A stretch of 63,168 nt of DNA, the filler included, from Octopus bimaculoides (taxonomy: Eukaryota): NCBI RefSeq assembly GCF_001194135.2. It is 5 parts of 4 records of this genome, joined end to end, with 100 filler letters (N's around TTAATTAATTAA, not from the genome) between each part and the next. Parts side by side here need not be neighbours in the genome. Positions count along the whole stretch, not along the records: positions 1 to 16,084 come from NC_068994.1; positions 16,185 to 25,244 come from NC_069006.1; 3 more parts are not named here. One strand, given 5' to 3'. Under the pieces are notes generated by a model. It was given only the letters and a program-made list of their open reading frames with translations, was not told where the DNA came from and did no database searches. How positions within the stretch are numbered: position 1 is the first letter of the stretch; the number at the start of each line of letters is the position of its first letter. The translations under genes and the position numbers were made by a program. Shown piece after piece: positions 13,301 through 22,720 of this stretch.

Positions 13301-15505
13301 GACACATATATAAACACATGTATAAGTATATATACATCTATACCCATACACATGCACACACAAAATTTTTGTACACACAGGCACACACTCATATATGCAC
13401 ACACACACACATTCTTCCTCTCAGCAAATGGAGTATTATCAGTACATAAAGCTATCTTACCTTAGTCAAGTTCTCAAACCTGGAATGTATAGCTTGGATG
13501 AACAGGCCACTGGCGGCAGAGTTTCGGTGAATTGCACTACACACAATATAAAATACAGGAGAATGGTAAATGGAAGAAATCAATTGCCACAAGAAATCAA
13601 TTTTACTGATTCTGTCATTCATCTATCAATGACAACAGACATTAAATGACAATATATCCTTAATTCTATTAACCATGTCCTCATTTCTATTAATCCTATC
13701 TTTAATTCTATTAATTATCCCCTGAATATTATTAATTAGCCAAGCTGGCAGAAATGTTAGCACACCAGACAAAATGCTTAGCAGTATTTTGTCTGTTTTT
13801 TACATTATGAGTTCAAATTCCACCAAGGTTGACTGCCTTTCATCCTTTCAGGGTCGATAAATTAAGCCCCAGTTGCGTACTGGGGTCGATCTAATCGACT
13901 GGCCCTCTCCTCCAAAATAATTTTGGGCCTTGTGCCTAGAGTAGAAAAGAATATTTTTAAAAAAGGTGGTGACCTGGCAGAAATGTTAGCACGCCGGGCA
14001 AAATGCTTAGCGGTATTTCTTCTGTCTTTACATTCTGAGTTCAGATTCCGCCGAGGTGGACTTAGCCTTTCATCCTTTCAGGGTCGATAAATTAAGTACC
14101 AGTTACGCACTGGGTCGATCTAATCGACTGGCTCCTCCCCATAAATTTCAGGCCTTGTCTCTAAAGTAGAAAAGAATACTATTAATTATGCTCTTAATTC
14201 TATTAATTATGTCCTTAAATTAATCATGTCCTAAATTCTATTCTGTTCTTCAATCTTTTAATTCTGCCCTCAGTCGGGGTAAATAATATTGTTACTGACA
14301 ACGCGTAAGCTTTTACAGTGATAAAGATTTATAAAGGGAATAAGAATAAATTTAATTTTCAGTAAAGAATATTAATCCTGACCTGACTAAGTCTTGTACA
14401 GGAGATTCATGTGATAGTTCCACCAGATCGTTAACATGATTGATTATTAATTGAGTCATGTGTTCAGCATCTGTCAAGTTCTCACACTAGAAAAAATTCA
14501 ATCGTTAGTCATTAAATAATTAGTTCAATCAAATCATAGAAAGGAGAGAAAAGATCAACAGAAATCGAAAATGTTACAGCATAAAATAAAAGCAGGAGGT
14601 TTGAACGCAGCTCAAGGAGAGGGGGGAGTAAGGAGACATGATTAAGAAGTTCAATTCACAATCACATGGTTCTATGTTCAATCCCACTCCATGGTACCTT
14701 GTCTGAGTGTCTTCTACCATAGTCTTGGGAGTGACATTGGCCAAATAGAAACTGTATAGAATCCAAAGGTAGCTTGTGCCTGTTTTAGGGTAGTAGAGAC
14801 AATCTTTTACCAGGTTCACACAAGCCCTTGACTCTTGAATGCCTTTAGTATAGCTCACTTTGTGGTAAGTATTTGAGTTAGGTTTCCAGTCTAAGAATAA
14901 CTCGATGCTTAGGTGTACTGTTTCTGACTTTTGCAGCCTCCTCCTCCTCATCATCATCATTTAATGTCCACTTTTCTATGTGATGAGATGAGACAAGAAG
15001 AGTGGAGAAGCCAGAATGGGACCAGAACAGTGGCAGAAAACAGAGCTGCTTGGAGATAATTGTATTGCAGATTTATGTGCCTCACAGCATGGAGAGAACT
15101 AACAAACTAGCTAGCTTTCCAAACTTGCATGAGTCAGACACAATTTGCTGAGGCAAACTCTACAGCTGGGTACCCTTCCTGTCACTAACCTTCACTTGTT
15201 TCCAAGCAAGGTAATATTTCCACCATGGCTAGACATGTTTCTCATGGAAGACTGGAAATGAAATAACCTTGTGTATGATGATGGATGTTCATTTACAATT
15301 ACCACAAGATGTCTAAACAGGGGTACCCACAAATATATATATATATACACACACATATGCACACATACAAAGAAAACTGAGCAAATAAAGAGTGAGACGA
15401 ACCACATAATCACAGAAGAGAACCAGTGCTCCACGTCGGACAATCTCAACATTGCAACTGTGAACTGGTGTTCTTGGAATGTCAGGCATTACTGACAGAT
15501 GGTGG
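9..15505 (-). CDS. HTT: Huntingtin, partial gene (18 coding exons, C-terminal half; continues beyond the left edge, 5' exons not in window)
   Basis: 18 exons, all AG/GT bounded with compatible phases: 2521 nt = 1 + 840 codons with no stop. Motifs match human HTT as remembered: [99 protein letters not shown]. Confidence 0.97.
715..829 (-). CDS. HTT: HTT exon: [38 protein letters not shown]
   Basis: Acceptor ccctctag, donor GTCAGT; 115 nt. Confidence 0.92.
1133..1201 (-). CDS. HTT: HTT exon: [22 protein letters not shown]
   Basis: Acceptor catttcag, donor GTAAGG; 69 nt; aligns to human FGRKLSIIRGIVEQEIQ. Confidence 0.93.
1592..1746 (-). CDS. HTT: HTT exon: [20 protein letters not shown]...KPLAFLHT
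   Basis: Acceptor catttcag, donor GTAAGT; 155 nt. Confidence 0.96.
2316..2866. mobile_element. piggyBac-type MITE (TTAA flanks)
   Basis: ttaa|cctttcagcatt ... tctgaatgctaaaggg|ttaa; another AAAAGGG|TTAA right end lies near 1400. Confidence 0.6.
2919..3016 (-). CDS. HTT: HTT exon: [33 protein letters not shown]
   Basis: Acceptor cttccag, donor GTGGGT; 98 nt. Confidence 0.96.
4009..4185 (-). CDS. HTT: HTT exon: [23 protein letters not shown]...EFVFRVNSL
   Basis: Acceptor tttgtcag, donor GTTTGT; 177 nt. Confidence 0.96.
4749..4886 (-). CDS. HTT: HTT exon: [16 protein letters not shown]...APIRKIIV
   Basis: Acceptor tttccctag, donor GTAATG; 138 nt. Confidence 0.92.
5888..5968 (-). CDS. HTT: HTT exon: [26 protein letters not shown]
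   Basis: Acceptor gttgcag, donor GTAAGT; 81 nt; phase 1/1 fits both neighbours; aligns to human VAVQPGEQLL. Confidence 0.88.
6120..6355 (+). mobile_element. LINE ORF2 C-terminal fragment (RTE-like), antisense to HTT
   Basis: The + frame reads WYGHVHRF...HPTRALL...WLDVI...[15 protein letters not shown], typical of RTE-type C-termini. Confidence 0.7.
6846..7023 (-). CDS. HTT: HTT exon: [10 protein letters not shown]...VYRLLES
   Basis: Acceptor tttgtcag, donor GTAAGT; 178 nt. Confidence 0.92.
8235..8462 (-). CDS. HTT: HTT exon: VLVDFPPPG...CRFIILTLE
   Basis: Acceptor tttttcag, donor GTAAGC; 228 nt. Confidence 0.92.
9621..9839 (-). CDS. HTT: HTT exon: [14 protein letters not shown]...MLPVPHQ
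   Basis: Acceptor ttgcag, donor GTAACT; 219 nt. Confidence 0.93.
10396..10515 (-). CDS. HTT: HTT exon: [12 protein letters not shown]...ILTVIMAK
   Basis: Acceptor ttgcag, donor GTACAA; 120 nt. Confidence 0.93.
10833..10968 (-). CDS. HTT: HTT exon: [16 protein letters not shown]...VADITVDK
   Basis: Acceptor ttcatag, donor GTAAGC; 136 nt. Confidence 0.92.
11664..11740 (-). CDS. HTT: HTT exon: [25 protein letters not shown]
   Basis: Acceptor gttttag, donor GTAAGT; 77 nt. Confidence 0.92.
12132..12308 (-). CDS. HTT: HTT exon: [20 protein letters not shown]...[12 protein letters not shown]
   Basis: Acceptor tttgtag, donor GTAAGT; 177 nt. Confidence 0.95.
13461..13536 (-). CDS. HTT: HTT exon: [25 protein letters not shown]
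   Basis: Acceptor gtgtag, donor GTAAGA; 76 nt. Confidence 0.95.
14383..14486 (-). CDS. HTT: HTT exon: [34 protein letters not shown]
   Basis: Acceptor tttttctag, donor GTCAGG; 104 nt; absent from the ORF track. Confidence 0.93.
15403..15505 (-). CDS. HTT: HTT exon (most 5' visible): [34 protein letters not shown]
   Basis: Acceptor ttttcag, donor GTTCGT; 103 nt. Confidence 0.95.
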
Positions 15506-15679
15506 CTGAAAACAGAGAGGAAGAGAGAGAGATACAACCATCAGTTAAAGGTAAATAAAGTCAAGGGTGGGTGCAGTGAGGTGTGGAAGGGGCTGCAACT
15601 AATTATGCATGCTATTTTGATCTTTGTTTATGGCTTATGAAGGTGCACAGCCTATAAATATATATATATATCATATATA

Positions 15680-15721
<42 letters not shown>

Positions 15722-15884
15722 ACGATATAAATGCAAAGAAGTATGAAAATAAGGCATGTATATGTAGAAGTATAACCAGTTTATTGCACATAAATTTTAA
15801 CAATAAAATCTTATATGGACCCCACAAAGGGCCATATGAAGTCTGATTGCGAAAAATGAAGATGGGAGATGGAATATATGAGAA

Positions 15885-15980
15885 TTTATCATCAATCATG
15901 ACAATTGTTTCGACACATCTAGCATCGTTTCCTCAGGAGCATCTGGCAGTGCAGATGCATCTCGTCAGGTGATAAATAAA
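15885..15980 (-). ncRNA. Type I hammerhead ribozyme fold in an HTT intron, sense orientation
   Basis: Minus strand: tttat-tt-atcac CTGACGA gatgcatctg[30 nt]tagatgtgtc GAAA c-aatt-g TC/ atgat-tgatg-ataaa. Core boxes, 10-bp helix II, 2-bp helix III, GUC site and bulged helix I are present; there is one C.A mismatch at the first helix I pair. Confidence 0.7.
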
Positions 15981-16084
15981 TACAACTCGTTAAAATAACT
16001 GTTCCATAATGTAACTTCCTGTTTTGTAGAAAGAAAAGCAGCCAGATGGAGGAAATATAAGCTGGCAGGTGTAAACCATTCATT

Positions 16085-16184
16085 NNNNNNNNNNNNNNNN
16101 NNNNNNNNNNNNNNNNNNNNNNNNNNNNTTAATTAATTAANNNNNNNNNNNNNNNNNNNNNNNNNNNNNNNNNNNNNNNNNNNN
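16085..16184. other. Artificial assembly spacer 44N-TTAATTAATTAA-44N
   Basis: Exactly 100 bp; palindromic 12-mer with TAA in all six frames. Confidence 0.95.
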
Positions 16185-16214
16185 ATATATATATATATAT
16201 ATATACATATTTAC

Positions 16215-16372
16215 GACAGGCTTCTTTCAGTTTCCGTCAACCAAATCCACTCACAAGGCTTTGGTCGGCCCGAGGCTATAGTAGAAGACACTTGCCCAAG
16301 GTGCCACGCAGTGGGACTGAACCCGGAACTTATGTGGCTGGTAAGCAAGCTACTTACCACACAGCCACTCCT
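16215..16372 (-). mobile_element. tRNA-derived SINE family B with CORE-like accttgggcaagtg (representative copy)
   Basis: tggctgtgtggtaag...gggttcagtcccactgcgtggcaccttgggcaagtgtcttctactatagc. Other copies at about 865-1012, 7372-7465(-), 11395-11550(-), 12650-12760, 14635-14790, 27183-27340(-), 34050-34145, 46480-46640, 48170-48325, 49363-49525, 51045-51160, 62810-62895. Confidence 0.85.
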
Positions 16373-16769
16373 ATACACACATACGCACACCACTCCATAC
16401 TCTAAATCTAAAACTGCACTAGGATCACGGCCAGAACGATTTTTAAATGGTAAACCTGATCTGGGCCAAGTCATTAACAACCACCCGCAGCACAACAGCC
16501 GAATTTTTCCAGCTATGTCATGTTAGCCTTGTTACGCAGCTATATCCACTCTGTAGGAGATTGCCTAATGAGGGGCAAATTACACTATTTAACCTCTTTT
16601 TCTTAATTATCCGAGTCGAGGAGGACAAAAAAAAAAAAAAAGCCAAAAAAAAGACCAAAAAGAGCCTTACTCTTAGCTATCAAGTTTCCGGTCTGTACAA
16701 AATACCGATATCTCTACATGCATTCATATTTTTGTCGTTCAATCCTTCACCTTTAAGCTCTCTCTCTCT

Positions 16770-16773
16770 CTAT

Positions 16774-16815
<42 letters not shown>

Positions 16816-16982
16816 CTCGCTCTCCCACTTCATCTCTCTATCATTATCTCTCAATCTCTCCCTCCTTTCCGTCTGCAATCTTGTGGCAAGAAGTGTTTAT
16901 TTGGTTCTGTGGTATTTTTCTTTCTCGTCAAACTGTTCCCTCTATCATTATATACATACATACATACATACATACATATGTA

Positions 16983-17021
<39 letters not shown>

Positions 17022-17201
17022 GTATACGTGTATATGTATATATATGTGTGTGCTTGTAGGTATGTATGTATGTATGTGAATATATATATACACAAATATA
17101 CACATACATATGTATATATGCATATATATATGTATGTGTGTGTATACATATATATTTTATGCTTACACACACACACACACACACACACAGACATACACAC
17201 A

Positions 17202-17250
<49 letters not shown>

Positions 17251-17316
17251 CATATTATTCCTCCTTCAGCTCTTAATCTATTAATGCTTCTCACCCTCAC
17301 CCACACACACACTCTC
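16770..17316. repeat. Compound microsatellite (CT)n/(ATAC)n/(GT)n/(AT)n/(CA)n
   Basis: Direct inspection; abuts an N gap. Confidence 0.9.
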
Positions 17317-18286
17317 NNNNNNNNNNNNNNNNNNNNNNNNNNNNNNNNNNNNNNNNNNNNNNNNNNNNNNNNNNNNNNNNNNNNNNNNNNNNNNNNNNNN
17401 NNNNNNNNNNNNNNNNNNNNNNNNNNNNNNNNNNNNNNNNNNNNNNNNNNNNNNNNNNNNNNNNNNNNNNNNNNNNNNNNNNNNNNNNNNNNNNNNNNNN
17501 NNNNNNNNNNNNNNNNNNNNNNNNNNNNNNNNNNNNNNNNNNNNNNNNNNNNNNNNNNNNNNNNNNNNNNNNNNNNNNNNNNNNNNNNNNNNNNNNNNNN
17601 NNNNNNNNNNNNNNNNNNNNNNNNNNNNNNNNNNNNNNNNNNNNNNNNNNNNNNNNNNNNNNNNNNNNNNNNNNNNNNNNNNNNNNNNNNNNNNNNNNNN
17701 NNNNNNNNNNNNNNNNNNNNNNNNNNNNNNNNNNNNNNNNNNNNNNNNNNNNNNNNNNNNNNNNNNNNNNNNNNNNNNNNNNNNNNNNNNNNNNNNNNNN
17801 NNNNNNNNNNNNNNNNNNNNNNNNNNNNNNNNNNNNNNNNNNNNNNNNNNNNNNNNNNNNNNNNNNNNNNNNNNNNNNNNNNNNNNNNNNNNNNNNNNNN
17901 NNNNNNNNNNNNNNNNNNNNNNNNNNNNNNNNNNNNNNNNNNNNNNNNNNNNNNNNNNNNNNNNNNNNNNNNNNNNNNNNNNNNNNNNNNNNNNNNNNNN
18001 NNNNNNNNNNNNNNNNNNNNNNNNNNNNNNNNNNNNNNNNNNNNNNNNNNNNNNNNNNNNNNNNNNNNNNNNNNNNNNNNNNNNNNNNNNNNNNNNNNNN
18101 NNNNNNNNNNNNNNNNNNNNNNNNNNNNNNNNNNNNNNNNNNNNNNNNNNNNNNNNNNNNNNNNNNNNNNNNNNNNNNNNNNNNNNNNNNNNNNNNNNNN
18201 NNNNNNNNNNNNGCTAGTTTTAAAATATAGAATTTCTATGGGGTCTACGGGAGTAAAATAGTAATCAAAAGTAAAAAAAAAATGTT

Positions 18287-18527
18287 ACCTTCTCGAGTTA
18301 TGTCGACTCACAAGGGCCGGTTTCCCAGTTTCATAGCGTATAAATTCCCCACCTGGATGGGACGCCGGTCCTTTGCAGGGTTACTCATTTTTGTTAGTTG
18401 AGTGGACTGAAGCAACATGAAACGAAGTGTTTTGCTCAAGAAAACAATGCATCACCCGGTCCTAGAATCGAAACCACAATCTTACGATCATGAGTCCAAC
18501 ACCCTAACCACCGAGCCACGCACCTCC
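18287..18527 (-). mobile_element. tRNA-derived SINE family D (CORE-like plus V-domain-like centre)
   Basis: Minus strand tggctcggtggttagg...ggtttcgattc...tcttgagcaaaacactt...gtaaccctgcaaaggaccggcgtcccatccagg; related heads at about 8625-8940(-) and 36113-36240(+). Confidence 0.7.
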
Positions 18528-18559
18528 ATGAAAGTAAAGTTCCTTCCCGAGTTATATGG

Positions 18560-18870
18560 AGTCATAGACGGTTGGACGATATCCAGTCTCATGCCTGAAG
18601 GTGTAATGACAATTACTTCGGATAGAACTTGAAGGAGGTGCCTGAGCACCGTTTACTGGCAAAGTGTAGCTTCGAGATGAGGGATTCTCACCGGGTCAGG
18701 TCGTTATTTCTTTGTACTGAGAGGTCAAGGCTCTCGTACTACGGCTATGTGGTTAGAATGTAACAGGAAAGAATCACAAGATGGATTCGTCAAGCTGAAC
18801 CAATTGACAGGAGACCTAGGGTAGAACCAAGAATGAGCTGGCTGGATAATATCCATAGCCTCAATTGATC
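18560..18870 (+). mobile_element. Decayed LINE ORF2 C-terminal fragment
   Basis: Translates YVVRM*QERITRWIRQAEP..RRPRVEPRMSWLDNI (GHVxRM...RPxGRP..W.D motif). Confidence 0.6.
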
Positions 18871-19113
18871 ACGCCAGAAAGTGTATTGACGGCTGTTTCT
18901 GATAAGAGCCTTTGAAAGAGGTGCATGAGGATTCTACCCTCACGATTCTCCCAGGATTATTATCCGGGATAGATGAATGGGTGGATAATTGAAAGCAGAA
19001 GGTAATCGCCTCGTCCGCAGCATTTGAGGTAAGCCGTGTAGACGAATGAGGTCGATGCCTTTTCGCAATGATTCGGCATTTCTAAAAGTGCAAAACAATG
19101 TAGAGGGTGAGAG

Positions 19114-19722
19114 CAGCTCTTGATTAACCATTAATCAAAATAAGAACGTGCTTAGAGCATCAAGGGGAAGGTGGGAGTGGCACCACAGAAATGGTAAATG
19201 GTTTACTGCACAAAAGAAAATCACTTTAAACTTGCTGAAATAATATTCGAAAATATAATTTCGAAGTGTCATAGTAAGGATCTAATCAAAGACTTTGCAA
19301 TTAAAAAAGAATGTAGGAGAAAACTTTTCAAATATTAATAAAGTGGAAGTATACAAAAATAAACATTATTTTCCATCTTATTGTTAGTTTTGTTTCATTT
19401 TGAAAAATGAGTAATTTATTTCTGGCTTATTATCATTTATATTTTGAATTACATATCTAGAAGCAGATGTGTTACATAAGATTAATTTTGCGGATCTGAT
19501 CAAACACTTTACAACTAAAAAGAGTAGAACACTTTTCAAATATTAATAAAGTGGAAGTATACAAAAATAAACATTATTTTCCGTCTTGCTGTTTAGTTTT
19601 GTTTCATTTTGAAAAATAAGAATTTATCTTATGGTTTATTATTGTTTGTACTTTGAATTATGGGGGGGAAACCAAAATCTTTTAAGTGCTTAGGCGCCTC
19701 TAGGAGTCTTAATACGGCTCTG
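19114..19722. mobile_element. Old hAT-type MITE with an internal ~210-bp tandem duplication
   Basis: Ends cagctcttgattaa / ttaatacggctctg; 8-bp flanks ggtgagag / agtgagac; 19321-19460 is repeated at about 19530-19670. Confidence 0.5.
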
Positions 19723-20205
19723 AGTGAGACATAGGTAGTATGACGAGGAAATATGAGTACATTACGTGGACAATGAGGAGCGGATATTCAGAAAAAACAG
19801 AGAGCATAGAAGTAAAGGTACAATAGAAAAGATATCGTGTTTATGAGGCCGTTATTGTACTGTGTTGGAGAATGAGCCTTTGCCAGTGAACGTTGAAAAT
19901 CATTATCTGCGTAGCAACAACACCAACACAGATATGGAAACACTTCTGTAAAGTAGGTCGATTATCAGTAACAGTGTAAAGTTAGAGTGTTTCCTGCTTC
20001 TGAAGAGGTTAACTAGTATTTAACTTAATTTATATTAACGTGACTTAGGTGACTTTGACCGAAAGTTTAAATCTAGAACAAACCGAACTAGCGACACTTG
20101 TATCAAATAACACAAAACACTTGGAAGAAAAGTTGTTACAATAGTATTTATGTTAAACAAATAAAACTGATCAATACAGCCTTGGTGTTAGAAACATGTA
20201 CAGTC

Positions 20206-20209
<4 letters not shown>

Positions 20210-20267
<58 letters not shown>

Positions 20268-20415
20268 GTTTGTCTATCTAGTTGTCAGTCTGTCTGTATA
20301 TTTTCCTACCTACCAATCTATACACGCTTATATTTGTATAATATATAAACACACACACACACACACACAAACACAAACACACACACATACACACACATGG
20401 TTGTTTATATTAATT

Positions 20416-20447
<32 letters not shown>

Positions 20448-20500
20448 TACATACACACATATATATATATATATACATATATATATACATATACAAACAC
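20210..20500. repeat. (TCTA)n plus (CA)n/(AT)n microsatellites; similar arrays at 38260-38480 and (GATA)n at 62102-62162
   Basis: Direct inspection. Confidence 0.9.
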
Positions 20501-20937
20501 GTATACATGTGCGTGTGGAGGGGGGACTGTGCGCGTGCGTGCATGTGTGTTTATTCATACGTAAAATATACAGGGATTATTACTATTTGAATCACGGTTT
20601 TCGCTGAATCGTCCTTCCAGTCGACTGGTACACATCAACGAATGAAGGAACGACTGACTGAAAACAGTTTAATAAAGTAACGTTCACTTCGCTCTCCAAT
20701 AATCGTGGATGTGGGTGAGGATGGGCGTCTTTGATGCTGCATGCCATTCATCTTGCATCAGGAGTGCCTGTTTTGATGTTCTCAAGAAGGAATATAATCA
20801 TGTGTCGCAAGATCGAAATAAATTTCTTGTTTTCAGATTTGCAGTGAGGTAGTTTGAGAGTGTGACGAGTTTCTCAGAAGAGAGAAAGGTCATATGGTAC
20901 TTCGATAAGACCTGTTGGCATCTTATCTGGAACTGAC

Positions 20938-21097
20938 CTTGCATAAAAGCTGCCGGTTTCTCCTCTTCCTTTATCACTTCTTGCATCTGCATCTCGAAAT
21001 TGTATTTCGGAAGTGTGTTTCTGCTCTGCCGTGTTCTTCTGAAGAAGTCGGTGACGAAATAGGAAATACGCTTCTGCGATGATAGTGAAGGCGATTT
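20938..21097 (-). other. Candidate orphan exon of an unidentified gene
   Basis: Acceptor ctccttttcag, donor AAG/GTCAGT; 160 nt; two frames stay open through it; no homology recognised. Confidence 0.3.
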
Positions 21098-22139
21098 CTG
21101 AAAAGGAGTAACACGGTGAATGATATATGTATATGTGCGTATTTACATGTATATGTATGTGTATATATATATNNNNNNNNNNNNNNNNNNNNNNNNNNNN
21201 NNNNNNNNNNNNNNNNNNNNNNNNNNNNNNNNNNNNNNNNNNNNNNNNNNNNNNNNNNNNNNNNNNNNNNNNNNNNNNNNNNNNNNNNNNNNNNNNNNNN
21301 NNNNNNNNNNNNNNNNNNNNNNNNNNNNNNNNNNNNNNNNNNNNNNNNNNNNNNNNNNNNNNNNNNNNNNNNNNNNNNNNNNNNNNNNNNNNNNNNNNNN
21401 NNNNNNNNNNNNNNNNNNNNNNNNNNNNNNNNNNNNNNNNNNNNNNNNNNNNNNNNNNNNNNNNNNNNNNNNNNNNNNNNNNNNNNNNNNNNNNNNNNNN
21501 NNNNNNNNNNNNNNNNNNNNNNNNNNNNNNNNNNNNNNNNNNNNNNNNNNNNNNNNNNNNNNNNNNNNNNNNNNNNNNNNNNNNNNNNNNNNNNNNNNNN
21601 NNNNNNNNNNNNNNNNNNNNNNNNNNNNNNNNNNNNNNNNNNNNNNNNNNNNNNNNNNNNNNNNNNNNNNNNNNNNNNNNNNNNNNNNNNNNNNNNNNNN
21701 NNNNNNNNNNNNNNNNNNNNNNNNNNNNNNNNNNNNNNNNNNNNNNNNNNNNNNNNNNNNNNNNNNNNNNNNNNNNNNNNNNNNNNNNNNNNNNNNNNNN
21801 NNNNNNNNNNNNNNNNNNNNNNNNNNNNNNNNNNNNNNNNNNNNNNNNNNNNNNNNNNNNNNNNNNNNNNNNNNNNNNNNNNNNNNNNNNNNNNNNNNNN
21901 NNNNNNNNNNNNNNNNNNNNNNNNNNNNNNNNNNNNNNNNNNNNNNNNNNNNNNNNNNNNNNNNNNNNNNNNNNNNNNNNATATATATATATGAGTGTAC
22001 ATATATATATATAGATATACGTATGTGTACATATACATGTGTGTGTGTGTAGATAGATATAAGAAGTGATTAAGATTCAGTTGAATACGGTATTTAAGTT
22101 GAAGCACCAACTCAGTCCGGTATTCTCAGCGCAGCTCGA

Positions 22140-22270
22140 AGTAAGGTGAATAAAATCAAAGTAAGCAAAAAGATTTCAAGTGGTGATGCAGTACGACCGT
22201 TTCAGGCGGCTCCATTTAACTGGACAATGCAATCATTACTCCAGTTTAAATACAGCGCTATCTTCAGCTG
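22140..22270 (+). repeat. Interspersed repeat with a diverged inverted copy at about 30190-30350
   Basis: gtaaggtgaataaaatcaaagtaagc...gcagtacgaccgtttca matches the reverse complement of 30190-30350. Confidence 0.6.
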
Positions 22271-22499
22271 CAACCGATGTTGGTGTCTTTACGTCCCCGT
22301 AACTTAGCGTTTCGGTAAAATGGACTGATAGAATAACTACTCGGCTTACAAAAAGTTCTGGGGTCGATTTGTTCGACTAAAGGCGGTGCTCCAGCATGGC
22401 CGTAGTCAAATGATTGAAACAAATAAAAGAATATGTGTGTGTGTGTGTCTATATTACATACGTTTGTATATATATAAATATAAATATATATATATATTC

Positions 22500-22516
22500 A
22501 TATAGTAGTAGTAGTC

Positions 22517-22569
<53 letters not shown>

Positions 22570-22622
22570 TCAACTACTATTACACTATAACTTTTGCTAC
22601 TATTACTACTACTATTAGGAAG

Positions 22623-22655
<33 letters not shown>

Positions 22656-22720
22656 AAGAAGGAGGAGGAGGAGGAGGAGGAGGAGAAGAGTATTAATGAT
22701 AGCAACAGCAACAACAATAA
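22500..22720. repeat. Compound trinucleotide array (TAG)n-(TAC)n-(AAG)n-(GAG)n-(CAA)n
   Basis: Direct inspection. Confidence 0.9.

Noticed and set aside
16215-16372. tRNA-like A/B boxes here and in other repeats
   Set aside because: Heads of tRNA-derived SINEs without a full cloverleaf; no genuine tRNA or rRNA gene seen.
16447-17284. ORFs rich in YI/CV/HT/SL dipeptides
   Set aside because: Translations of (AT)n, (GT)n, (CA)n and (CT)n microsatellites.
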